Below, piece after piece: positions 37,401-47,359 of a stretch of DNA of 64,000 bases. The notes under the pieces are model-generated. The model ran no database searches. It worked only from the letters and a program-made list of their open reading frames with translations, and was not told where the DNA came from. Position 1 is the first letter of the stretch, and each line of letters starts with the position of its first letter. The position numbers were made by a program, and so were the translations under genes. Source of the stretch: Phallusia mammillata (Eukaryota); the NCBI GenBank assembly GCA_965637545.1, contig OZ281500.1, positions 4,030,001 through 4,094,000 of the forward strand, in the 5' to 3' direction.

Positions 37401-40002
37401 GCTTGACATTTTCTTTGTCCAGAACACTACGGAATGCAAACAGGGCATGACAGAATCCAGCAGCACGAGATGCTTGGCGATTTGTGGGGATGTGGTAAAG
37501 TAAATCCATTCCATAGTAGTTGGAGTTGACCATGATCGGTCCTCGGCCGGCCAGATAAACATATTGTTCCCACCTGAATTACATTTTTACATTTCATGAT
37601 AATAGTGTAAGCTACCTGGTCTTGGTAAGGTTTTGGACTTAATAATGTGTTGTTATGTGCTATATTTTTGTTTGCATTCCCTATCACAGCCAGTAACATG
37701 ATGTTAAAAAAAATCAATACTAAGTAGATGCGTTGCAAGCTGTCAAAGAAAAATTGCAAAACATTCTTTTACAAACGCCGTAAAATCAAGAGTTTTATTT
37801 TCTTCTACATGAAATATTTGTCGTTTATTTTATCTGCCACCATTTAAGCACACAATTGTACTTTATCTATATTGCACAACTTACCAATCTGTCACATAGT
37901 TGCTAGCCCACCAAGACTTGAAAACTAGGTATCTCTGCAATCGACTGGCAATAGTGCCCAGAAACTCCTCAGAAAGCTTGGTCATAGCATCATACTCAGT
38001 GTCGTTCAGTAGAGGTCTCACACTCCTTAAATAGCGTGATACTGTATCTTTAAGAGGTGGTACAGGTAGACGAGGAAGTGATGCTTGGTAACTGTACAAC
38101 TTTGGGTCAGAACCGCCAAGAATTTTGGTACATACCTGTTTAAATAACACACAAAGGATTGTATTGTATTTGTTTCTGATTGATCAAGGGACCGCCACAC
38201 TAATGACTGAAAGTGTAGCAGATGAATGTGTGCACAAATTGGTTTTAAAAGCATAATAGAACTGATATGTTCTATCTACTTTAATCAAAACAAACTACAC
38301 TAAACCTTGGTTAAACTGGATTCGGTTATTCCGGGATCGTTGCCTAATTCGGACAAAACTTAAGTACAAGTGATTTGTAATGTGGTAAGGCTTTAACTAA
38401 TGGACATTAGTTAATTCGGACCTTTACCGAACAAACGTTTTGGTCCAAACAGGTCCGGATTAACAGAAGTTCACTGCAGTACTAAAGATGAAGTACAGTC
38501 TACCTAATTAATCCATAACTTTAATAAATCCATAATAAATAGGGTTGTCATATTCATGTCATACTCATTTCAAAACCAGCTTTAAAGAACAATTTAGATC
38601 AATGATATCACAACAGTATTTACATAACTTGTCCTGGAACTTAATTTGTAGTATGCCACATACAAAAATGTATATGTTTACATACCGCCCAAATTTTAGT
38701 TGTTATCGATACTTTTCCACGAGGTTCAAACATCCAGCCATGGTAGCAGAGGAATATCTTCAACAGATATCTTATGACAAGTACAGCTCCGAGCCACAAG
38801 AGGGTGCAAGAGAGCATAAGTGAAAACATCCAAGCAAGGTAAGATTCCCTTAAAAATGGATTTAAAAAAATTGTTTTAAAATGCCAATATAATGTTGGTC
38901 CTTTAATACAAACCTTTTACTAAATTGCAAATAAAACCTTTCACAAATTATTTCTTTAAAAGAAGACCAAAATATCCACAACTAGGATATAAACTTTTTT
39001 TTTTTTCATTGTACACTTAGTACACAAAATTCAGTACTATTCAACTGAACAGAGACCTGTACACTTAACAAATAGCCTTAAGGCAAAAAGTAACCACATA
39101 CATTTTGAAATTTTATACTTACGACAAAAATATGATGCTGTGGATCTTGGGATGAAATCCCCATGTCAGGTCATAGCCAATAAGAGACACTAGCAGAACA
39201 AGTGCAGAAAAAATTCCAAGGCTTGAGAACTTGGCTGGGTACACACCACTAGAGAAGCGATTCTAAGAAGAAAACCAGAGTCACAAACCAGTGGCCATAT
39301 AACCAAACTTGGTAACATTGAACAAATCATCAGAAAATAAGAAACAAAAAACGTACATATAAATGGCTATTACAAATTGTGTTGATTACAATGCTTATGT
39401 TTGCTCATTCATTACATTTATAAACCAAATGTATGTCAAGAAGCAATTATGCAATTATCTCTTAAGAAGATATGCAAATGTGCGTTAAATTGCCTATGGC
39501 AAATGTTGTGTATTACATGACATGGAAAGGTCTGTCTTCGATACAGAAGTAGGAATTATATATTAGTTCAGTTACTTACAAGGAATCGCACTGTTCTTTT
39601 TCTCCATGATCGCACACCAGAGTGGTACACTGCTCTTATTGCTTCATGTGAAATCTATGTTAAAAAATGATGTCCATAATTTGCAACTATAAATCATTGG
39701 TCTTAAGCTATTGCAAACCAATCAAAAAAACTAGTTTGCTTATTTGCTAAAAAAATACAGAACATCATAGGTCTAATATAGTGACAGACCATTACAATTA
39801 ACAGGGTTATAGGAAGTTATATTAGGCACACCATGCATGTAAAATAAATATGTAATTTGTTTAATAAATATGTAATTTGTTGTTAATTTGTTTACTAGTA
39901 AACATTTGCCTTATGCACAGCAAGGTGATGGTTTACCTGAACATTCAAGCCTTCTTGAGTAACAGTAAACTGAAATGCAACAGCAGCATGGGCTTCTGCC
40001 AT
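25499..40002 (-). CDS. CPT1: Carnitine O-palmitoyltransferase 1 (767 aa, 16 coding exons)
   Basis: Exons 40002-39937, 39654-39580, 39262-39123, 38848-38686, 38135-37885, 37573-37399, 36581-36497, 35347-35136, 32366-32197, 30952-30730, 30435-30271, 29607-29473, 29006-28854, 28219-28106, 26663-26571 and 25582-25499. All are GT-AG, phases are consistent, total 2304 nt. Motifs seen: [45 protein letters not shown], catalytic [53 protein letters not shown]. Confidence 0.97.
25614..25819. mobile_element. hAT-type MITE in the last CPT1 intron
   Basis: Imperfect TIRs caggggtcggcaacc / ggttgccaaccactg. Flanks atctaaag / aattaaaa match at only 5 of 8 positions. Confidence 0.7.
27946..28097. promoter_or_regulatory. 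CTCF-like motifs plus two CRE palindromes beside CPT1 exon 14
   Basis: CCTCTAGGTGGCGC at 28044-28057 and CCGCTAGGGTGCGC at 28084-28097 resemble the CTCF core. TGACGTCA at 27946 and 27977. Confidence 0.5.
28512..28600 (+). repeat. Dispersed ~60-bp repeat, copy 1 (copy 2 at 29728-29790)
   Basis: aaacttcgcttaaaacctgg is identical at 28512 and 29728. Both are followed by similar tggcag...tgacaNatgccac..tgtgacag sequence. Confidence 0.7.
29087..29251. mobile_element. Degenerate MITE of the (C)AGAGTTGTAAGTCGGG family
   Basis: The left end agagttgcaagtcgggccggg matches the reverse complement of the 55297 terminus. The right end is ttacaactgtg. No convincing TSD. Confidence 0.5.
29728..29790 (+). 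repeat. Dispersed ~60-bp repeat, copy 2
   Basis: See the copy at 28512. Confidence 0.7.
31154..31228 (-). pseudogene. Degenerate tRNA-like sequence (tRNA pseudogene or head of a tRNA-derived SINE)
   Basis: Minus strand: GCCTAAGTAACTCAGTTGGTAGAACG...GTTGGTTCGAATCCCACCACAGGCA, with A- and B-box-like motifs and a T-run just after. The acceptor, D and anticodon stems pair poorly, so this is not a functional tRNA. Confidence 0.6.
31389..31554 (+). mobile_element. 140-bp hairpin element carrying a hammerhead motif, flanked by a 13-bp direct repeat
   Basis: taaattgcattaa at 31389-31401 and 31542-31554. Perfect 26-bp inverted arms at 31400-31425 and 31510-31535. Hammerhead core between them. Confidence 0.65.
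31453..31490 (+). ncRNA. Minimal type-I (Penelope-like) hammerhead ribozyme motif, core intact
   Basis: TCA-CTGATGA-T-GGCA(TAAGCATT)TGCC-GAAA-CGTT-TGA. It has an intact CUGAUGA/GAAA core, a 4-bp stem II, palindromic AACGTT stem III and a TCA/TGA stem I. Confidence 0.7.
31615..32110. mobile_element. hAT-type MITE (496 bp)
   Basis: Perfect 14-bp TIRs caggggtgtccaac / gttggacacccctg. 8-bp TSD cccaagag / cccaatag (7 of 8). Confidence 0.9.
33570..33632 (+). ncRNA. Degenerate minimal hammerhead motif
   Basis: GAC-TTAATGA-T-GACAA(TAGCAC)TTGTC-GAAA-CGTA-GTC, with an outer 10-bp helix GTGTAAAACA/TGTTTTACAC. The core carries two substitutions relative to CTGATGA. Confidence 0.5.
35625..35666 (-). ncRNA. 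Degenerate minimal hammerhead motif (sense to CPT1)
   Basis: Minus strand: GCT-CTAAAGA-A-GCCCT(ACCGTTCTGA)AGGGC-GAAA-CGTT-AGC. It is a one-base change (G5 to A) from CTGAAGA. Confidence 0.55.
38298..38476 (+). mobile_element. Tc1/pogo(Tigger)-like MITE
   Basis: Preceded by TA. Imperfect TIRs cactaaaccttggttaa / ttaacagaagttcactg. Shares the ttggtccaaacaggtccggattaa core with the 9952 and 50122 copies. Confidence 0.6.
39843..39881 (+). repeat. Tandem 20-bp duplication
   Basis: aataaatatgtaatttgtt(t) occurs twice in tandem. Confidence 0.7.
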
Positions 40003-40878
40003 TTCGGCCTAGCTTAAAACACAGGATTATTACTACTGCAAAACAAAAACATGTTTTCAGTTTCTAACACTGCATGCAACATTCAAATACAGGCATTTTT
40101 ATGTTGGTAAGACAATAGGATCTTGCACTTGTAATATACTGAGTAAATATGAAATAAATTTTATAGTTTAAATGTGATTGTTCATCAGGTCTATTAAGTC
40201 ACTCTTATAAGCTTTCTGACAAGAACCATTATATGTAATAGCACAGTTTCATTTAAGATTAAAACTCATACTGCAGCAGGTTATATGCTTTCAACTTAAT
40301 GCAATGCATTTAATGTTTGATTTTAACATTATTGAAACTTTGACAACATTTTTAAACCCATAAAATGGTATTTTTACTTGCAAATTTGAATGATAGATTT
40401 TTGAATTAACTGTAATTGTAGCGAATACAAAAAAGTAAAGCATTTGTTAAAGCATGATGAGTCACTTTAAAATGCACAAGTGCCTTGGTAATGTTGACAT
40501 TGATACCACAAAAAAACACATAAATCGTGAGTTTAAACACTTACACATTTGCTTCGTCACTCCAATAAATGACCACATTATTATGGCCTAGTACAACTAC
40601 AACAATCAAAAAAAACAGAAGATTCCAGTCTCAAATAGTAAAAATAGGATGCGCTTGTTGTTTCAAAATCACAACAATAAAAACAAACAACAACTGCTGT
40701 ATAAAAAATAAACTACAATCAAAAAAACTAAAATTACGAATTCTATGTAAAAAAACTAAACTGCAACTGAGTTCTAAAGCATAACCTCGCCCACTATTTA
40801 GTTTGTCTACTGATGACGACATTTACGTACAAATAAAACTAAACCTCACAAATGCAAACAGGCGGTAACAACAAGCTA

Positions 40879-40962
40879 CCTTAACCTTGAGAAGCGCTGA
40901 CCTCTAAACCAACTCGGTCAGCATTTACGAAATGTAAGCCTTCGTCGCGCCTATTTAAGAGC
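40879..40962 (-). promoter_or_regulatory. Candidate CPT1 core promoter and non-coding first exon
   Basis: Minus strand has TATA-like cttaaatagg near 40960, an AGGTCA half-site, TCAAGGTTA and the donor aag|gtagct near 40879. An acceptor lies 6 nt before the CPT1 ATG. Confidence 0.25.
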
Positions 40963-43856
40963 ACCTTGTAACTAGAACCACAGTGTACGAAATTATTGTC
41001 AATTTGAAAAATATTTGTGGCATTAAACTGGTAATACATTGCTTAAATGACTAATAAGAAGGCTTGTCTACATGTTAAAGCGACAATCTGTAATCACCAC
41101 ATGATGTCATAAGAATCATTTGACTGATTTCGTCACTTCATCAGTCGCGTTCTAATTTCGAGCCCTAATGTCTCTGTTGGGTTTGTGCCAAGGTCCAAAG
41201 TCCGCAGGCGATGAGTTTGCCACGTGAGGCGCGTTGAGTGTGGGGAATGGGGATTACTATGCTTCATTTGTTTTGAAAAACACACGTCAACCGGTTCACG
41301 CAAAAGCCGGGAAATTGTGGTGTTCTGGTTTTCAAGTTCAAATAGTGGGAATTGCTTAGTCAGCGTTGCGTTGCATCGCAAGTAAGCCAAACGCTTTGCA
41401 TGGTAGGCTGTCGCCGCCTAACAAACTAAATTGACACACATAATATACAGTCTAAATAAATTGTGTTAATTAGTTTTATAATATACTTTTGGACAAAATC
41501 ACATAATTAGGCTAATGTTTGTTTCAGAATACAATAAGGCAGTTCTTTTTCAAAGGTTGGAGTAAATTCACATTTTCGTAGACTGTAGTCTTCCATCTTA
41601 AAAGTGGCCTTGGTATATTGAACCCGTAATCCCCTTATGTCCAAAAACCACAAGCCCTTAACTTGTGTGCGCAAATTGCCTGCCTGCTGGCTACCGTAAA
41701 ATAGTTAAGTCAAACCAGCATTTTATGTAGCTGTAAATGCAAGCTTCTCGGATGCGCTTGATTCACATCCTGTTTACAACCAGAAGTTGCAAATGAGGTA
41801 ATTAGAAGGTATAGTCTGACACCTAGCGGATAGCCTTTATTTTGTAATCGAATAACACGAGTTGTCGAAAGAAACGTCGCAATAGGCCACCCAACGATCG
41901 TCTACCAAAAACAAGACAGGCAACCCGTATAAAAATTTTAACAAACACGTTTTTATTTTTGTGATGATGATGTTTAATTCGAATCTAATGCGTATTTTAA
42001 AATACATGGCCATGGGCTGCTCATGTCATCACTCATAAGGTTCTGAGCGCGACAAAGTAGAGGACACAATTGGTGGATAGATATTAAACGCGTTGCAGCT
42101 ATACCGTTTTGTTTGCCTAAATTGGATTCCCTTGCCCACAACGTCGCAACGAATAAACTTTGGTCACAAAGAATTGCGAAACTGCGTATTTAATTAAACT
42201 TTTTGGCAAAGACTAGGACCTAATAAAGGTATCTAACACCAAGACTTGAATGGAGGGGTGATTGCATGGGTGGTGATTCAATTGAGGCCAAGACGGCGCT
42301 AACTGCATTTGCGCGCTCTCACTCAGCAGCGCTGCTGTCTTTCTTTGTTGGTTTGTGTCACAATTTACCAACATGCCAATAGAGTTTAGAGTTGTCTTTT
42401 CTGTGTCAACAGTTCAAGGAAAGACGTAAAACATGCAAAATAACATCGCAACGTCTCGTCACTCAGCTTAGTCGTAACATTTCTGGCTAGCCTATACCTT
42501 AGGCCTACATGCTTGCTTTACCAGAAAACATGCATCATTACTATGAAAACCGTATTGGGGTGCTAAGCATTGTAACAGTAGCAAAAAGAGAAACATTTTA
42601 TACCAACAAATAATTTTTGGTGTAGGCTTCATTTCGGTTCAGGTAAAATCACTGACCGAAAAAGGTTTAAGGACTCCTTTAGTAATTAGTTTAATTTAAA
42701 TTCTACTCATTATGCTATCACGGCATTATCAAACAAGGATTTTCACCTTGCACTACGCAACGCATTAAAATTCGTTTTCAACACCTCCTTAACTGCCATC
42801 TGGCGCATTCTTTAGTCATTAGTGCAATCTTTACATCAATGCTTGTTTTGGTGGTAATTAAAAAAAGCTGTATCTTTATTTTTTTAGTTATGTTTCTAGG
42901 AGTTCAGTCCTGGTTTGTTTTAGTATCCAAAAGACTTTATTTGATGAGAGTTAGATGTCATAATACCGGAATACTAAAAAGAGCATGTATTTCTAAAATA
43001 TACAACCGACTGACGTTCGCACATGTCGAGATATTTTACTACAGTTTTAGATACCCCACAAAATATACTTTTTAAAAACGTATTGGAACAATTCCGGTTT
43101 TACTTTAGTTCAGGCCTTTCATGGCGCGATAACAAAATGTGGTTTCGGATGACCGCGCTAAAACTTTATTTTTTGTGTGATTAACAGTATTTTCAGTTAT
43201 CACGTTAAAGTTAAAATTACTTGTTTTCAAAACTACGTTTTTAGTTTTAATCCGCAAATCATATCGCAAAAAATACTTAAAACGATTTGTACTGCCTCTG
43301 AAAGCACACGGATTGCATACATTTGTCTGAAAGTTAGCTGACACACAAATAACAATATCACATTTTTTGTCGAATGATACAATTAAAAATAAATTATTTC
43401 TGAGGAGCATAACAAATTGCATCAGATTAAGGGCAGGAGAAACACAAATTGGTAACGAGACAATAAATACATCGTAACGACAGAAACAACAGGAGACTCT
43501 GATAACTACATATGCATATTGTGCCTAATATCTTATATTTGGTTATTTGGTATATATATGGTTAAACTTACTAAAATTAGGTGTTGCATTTTTTATAGAG
43601 TGCAGAATTCACATTTTATTGCAGCATTAAATATTCTCTTTATTGTTACTTTCGCCAACAATCAGTCATACTAATTTTCAGAATATATATTAACAGATAA
43701 AAAAGATGACAAATTAAGTTAAAAAATAATTCTATCTTTATTTAAGTCTCTGCTTGAGTATTGTTAAACATGTCCCAGTATCCAATTTAGCCCTACACTA
43801 GATGCAGGATTTCCTCATTACAAATTTGCTACATCCATGTGGTTACTGATGACATG

Positions 43857-46130
43857 TCAGGTTTTAGCTGTCGAAATTTCAGGAAGGTTTTCCATCAATA
43901 GTTCGTACGTAAAGAATGTAATGCAACAAGCTGGAGTTACACGCAATAAATTTGCACCTAGCCCTTTGTAGAACCCTTTCCATCCTTCATTCCTAAAAAC
44001 GTTTTTGTTAATTTTAATAATGTTTTGCAATTTTTGTTCACTTTCCAATTATTCATAGTTTGGGTCTTTAAGGGCAAATAATCAAAGCCATATGTAATTT
44101 TTTTTAAAGTTTCCTGGTTTATGTCTTTGCTGGTACATAAACTGGTAGCACTAAATTTAATTATTTTGTTTCGTTATTTGCTTCAGTAACTTGTAAACAA
44201 GGCATAACACAGTTGTTTTACAATATGTTGTCATTTTGTCAAATCTATGGCAATTTTTAACTGTTACTCCCTGGCAAAATAAAGAGCACCATTAAGTTAC
44301 TTTTTATAGTGCAAGTATTTGTAACCTGTAAGTTTAAAACTTACCGCCATGTTGATATGATGACATCCCATATCCCCTTGTAAGCTCTATGTTGTTCTTG
44401 CAACCTTGCTCTGATAACTTGATAAGGATAAGTTGACGTCGCTGCCGTGATTTTTGATATAGCTGACATTGCAATGATATCAGCAGTTCTCTAAAATAAA
44501 ACAACACATGACACTTGCACCATTTTTGGCCAATTTGCTGCAGAATTGTAACATACTACAATCAACAGTAAATGAAGTCTTGATTACAATATCGTTGTTA
44601 ACAATGCAGTTTTTAGGAAATGCATTACCATTTTCGCTCCCACATCCACATTTCGTCGATTGGCATTCCAAATTTTAAGTCGTTCATACACAAAAAACTG
44701 TACAGCACCATGGCTTGTTCCCAAAAGACCTGGTACCAAACCCTGGAAAATAACAGGTCTTCAGCTTAACCTTTTCTGCCAAGCTCTTATTTTAAGGTAA
44801 CATGAAGCATTTTGATACAATACAAGCTACGATATGCACTTGTACATACTTTATACAGGCCTCTGATTCCATTCTGTTTGTACAGGCTTGAAATCGTGTG
44901 AAATGTTCCTCTATAAATTTTTGTTTGCGACTCATATTGAAGACAAAGGCGAGTTTTGGCAATCCACACAGGATTTGTAATAAGCAGTGTAATTGAACCT
45001 GAGAAAATTAAATCGCTCAAATTTATTAACGACCAGTACTTTACCATTTTGCAATGGTTGAAAATACTTTTGGTAGAACTATTGAGAGTATAAAATGTAT
45101 CCAAATTAGCTTAGCACTATGTTTAGGCATTTTTTTAGTTTAGATAAATAAGAAAAATAACTATCTGGTACCTGAAACTATTCCACATGAAAGGTACTGA
45201 AATGCTGTCAACGGTTTTGATGCATCACCTCGGTTTAACTGATTTTTAATTGTCTGATAACTGTAAATAACGAACATTAACATTGACAGAATTGAACCAG
45301 TTACAAGTTATACAACTTAAAACATACCATTAAAACTTACAGAAAGAAATACAGTCCCCAGCTCATACCAGCCCCTATAATATTGGGGGTAACGCCAGCA
45401 TACAGTCCTCTGAATCCCTGCTTTTTCCACACACTTTTGGTGAGATCCCACATGCTGTTGTACTGGGGACGACTTGAGAGGCCATCGCTAACTTTTGAAT
45501 TAAAGGCACTGTTTATTAATGATTTACTTCAAGAACCAAAATGCAATTCAACTTGTAAAACACTACATTTAACCCATAGTTTTATGGTAACCAACACATG
45601 CAGAGGGTATGTTTAGGTCTGGAAGAAGAATGTAAAAAAGCACACCATACTCCATACAACTATCATTAAAATTGTCTTATAGTGTCTATAGACCAGGGGT
45701 GGGCAACCTGCAGCCTGCGGGCCACATGCGGCCCTTTGAATAAATTTGTGCGGCCCGCAGAGACACTTGGATTGCAAATGTACTGGCAAACTAGTCAAAT
45801 TATTATATTTTTTTGTATGCTGCTGGAATCAAATGTGAATTTTTCTTGTAGTAAGGCATTTTTGGTATGCAACGAAGTAAAATTACCTTGTGTTATATAA
45901 AGGTGCGGCCACGATCTAATCATCGCAATTGTATTTGGCCCCACAGTGACAAAGGTTACCCATCCCTGCTATAGACAGTCTAAACAGCCAATTTTTTATT
46001 AAGCACAGGTAAACGTTATCTTACCTGAAAATCGAATCTTTATGAGATCAAGTGGGTGAAGTATTGATGTTGCAGTTACCCCTCCTGCAACACCAGCCAC
46101 AAAGTGCTTATAGTTAAACGTACTGTTCAT
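43857..46130 (-). CDS. SLC25A32: Mitochondrial folate/FAD carrier (296 aa, 7 exons)
   Basis: Exons 46130-46025, 45491-45341, 45260-45172, 44998-44850, 44742-44629, 44490-44345 and 43992-43857, total 891 nt, phases consistent. Three carrier signatures: [20 protein letters not shown] (W in place of D/E, typical of this subfamily) and [10 protein letters not shown]. Also [25 protein letters not shown] and GTSHGAVQF. Confidence 0.93.
45694..45968. mobile_element. hAT (Charlie/Buster-like) MITE in SLC25A32 intron 1
   Basis: TIRs caggggtgggcaacc / ggttacccatccctg (13 of 15). Perfect 8-bp TSD ctatagac. The interior is related to the 57026 copy. Confidence 0.92.
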
Positions 46131-47359
46131 AACTTTAGTCTTTACATAATTGTTTCATAGTCAATGCTATAATACTGCAACCTGCAAGGAATATGTAAAG
46201 TTAACACAAACACACACAAATCCACTTGCACTCAAGTTTTTTAAGTCATGCCTCTGTAAACTGCTGAGTAATCAAATTGCAATTAACCGAGCATGCCCAC
46301 ATAACGTTATTTTAAGACGCTGTTGTGTTGATTGGTGTTCAATCCCAAACGATAAAGAGGCAGAACTAAATAAAGACTTACTTGTGTTAAAAACGCGTAA
46401 ACAACAACCATTGAGCAAGCAACTACACGAGAACGTTGCATTTTGCTATCGTCATCCGAATAAAACGTGTGACGTCACATATCATCGAGTCACGTGGGTA
46501 ACATTGCAGCAGACACTTTGCTTCATGCAAACTAATATACTATCTTTAATTAGTGTTTGCTTTCCGTTGCAGCAAATGTTAATCTTTCAAAATATTAAAA
46601 CTTTAGTTCGTAATTAACGTTGATGATATACATATAATTGCAGTTTACGTTTTATAAACTTTCTTTGAAATTTCTTTGAGTTGACCTTTTGACAGGTCAA
46701 CGAGTTCACGTCAAACACGAAATCACCACCGACAGTAATCACTAATTAGTAAACAAGTGCAAACAAATAATCAAACATTAATCCTATTACCGCTTCAATT
46801 GCGGTCTCTCACAAAAGAACAGTGGCGCCAGCAATGTCCCACAACTGGTGATTTATAACAAAACCTTAGACCAAGGGTCGTAGGGTCGGTTTGTGAGGCA
46901 CATGCTGAAGTAGCAGTATAAAAATCAGCTGTTGACTGATCTATAACAAAACTATCTAGAGTTAAACATGTATTTTTGTTGAGGTGAAAATAGGGAAGGT
47001 TTGCAACACAGGTCACTGAACTCGTTTATTGCGCCATTACGAATTGTAGGGGTTACTCCGGAGCAAGTGGTAGCAACTTTTTTTAGCAATAGCCAGGTTA
47101 CTGTAGGTCAAGACGTGGGGCCACATCATCCGAGCTTCTCTCGTCGCGTGCAACGGAAGGTGAGCAACGTCACTGGTAGCAAAACAATTCCAACCTGGGT
47201 ATCCTGTTTCGGACATATTTAGGCCAATCGATAGGAAACAGATTCTTACAATCCGCTACTTGCAGAGTAAGGGCGTAGTCGAACCGCCATTCGGTTAAGT
47301 CAGCGTCGAGGCCATAATAGAGCCCCAAAGATCTATAGGTTTACTTTACATCTGCCACA
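46131..47359. promoter_or_regulatory. Shared head-to-head (possibly bidirectional) promoter interval
   Basis: Divergent ATGs lie 1.23 kb apart. CRE at 46470-46477, GTCACGTG near 46490 and CCAAT near 47224. Confidence 0.4.

Noticed and set aside
41122-41146. Minus-strand CTGATGA...GAAA in a GACTGA/TCAGTC hairpin
   Set aside because: No valid stem I, stem III or NUH triplet. It is a simple hairpin.
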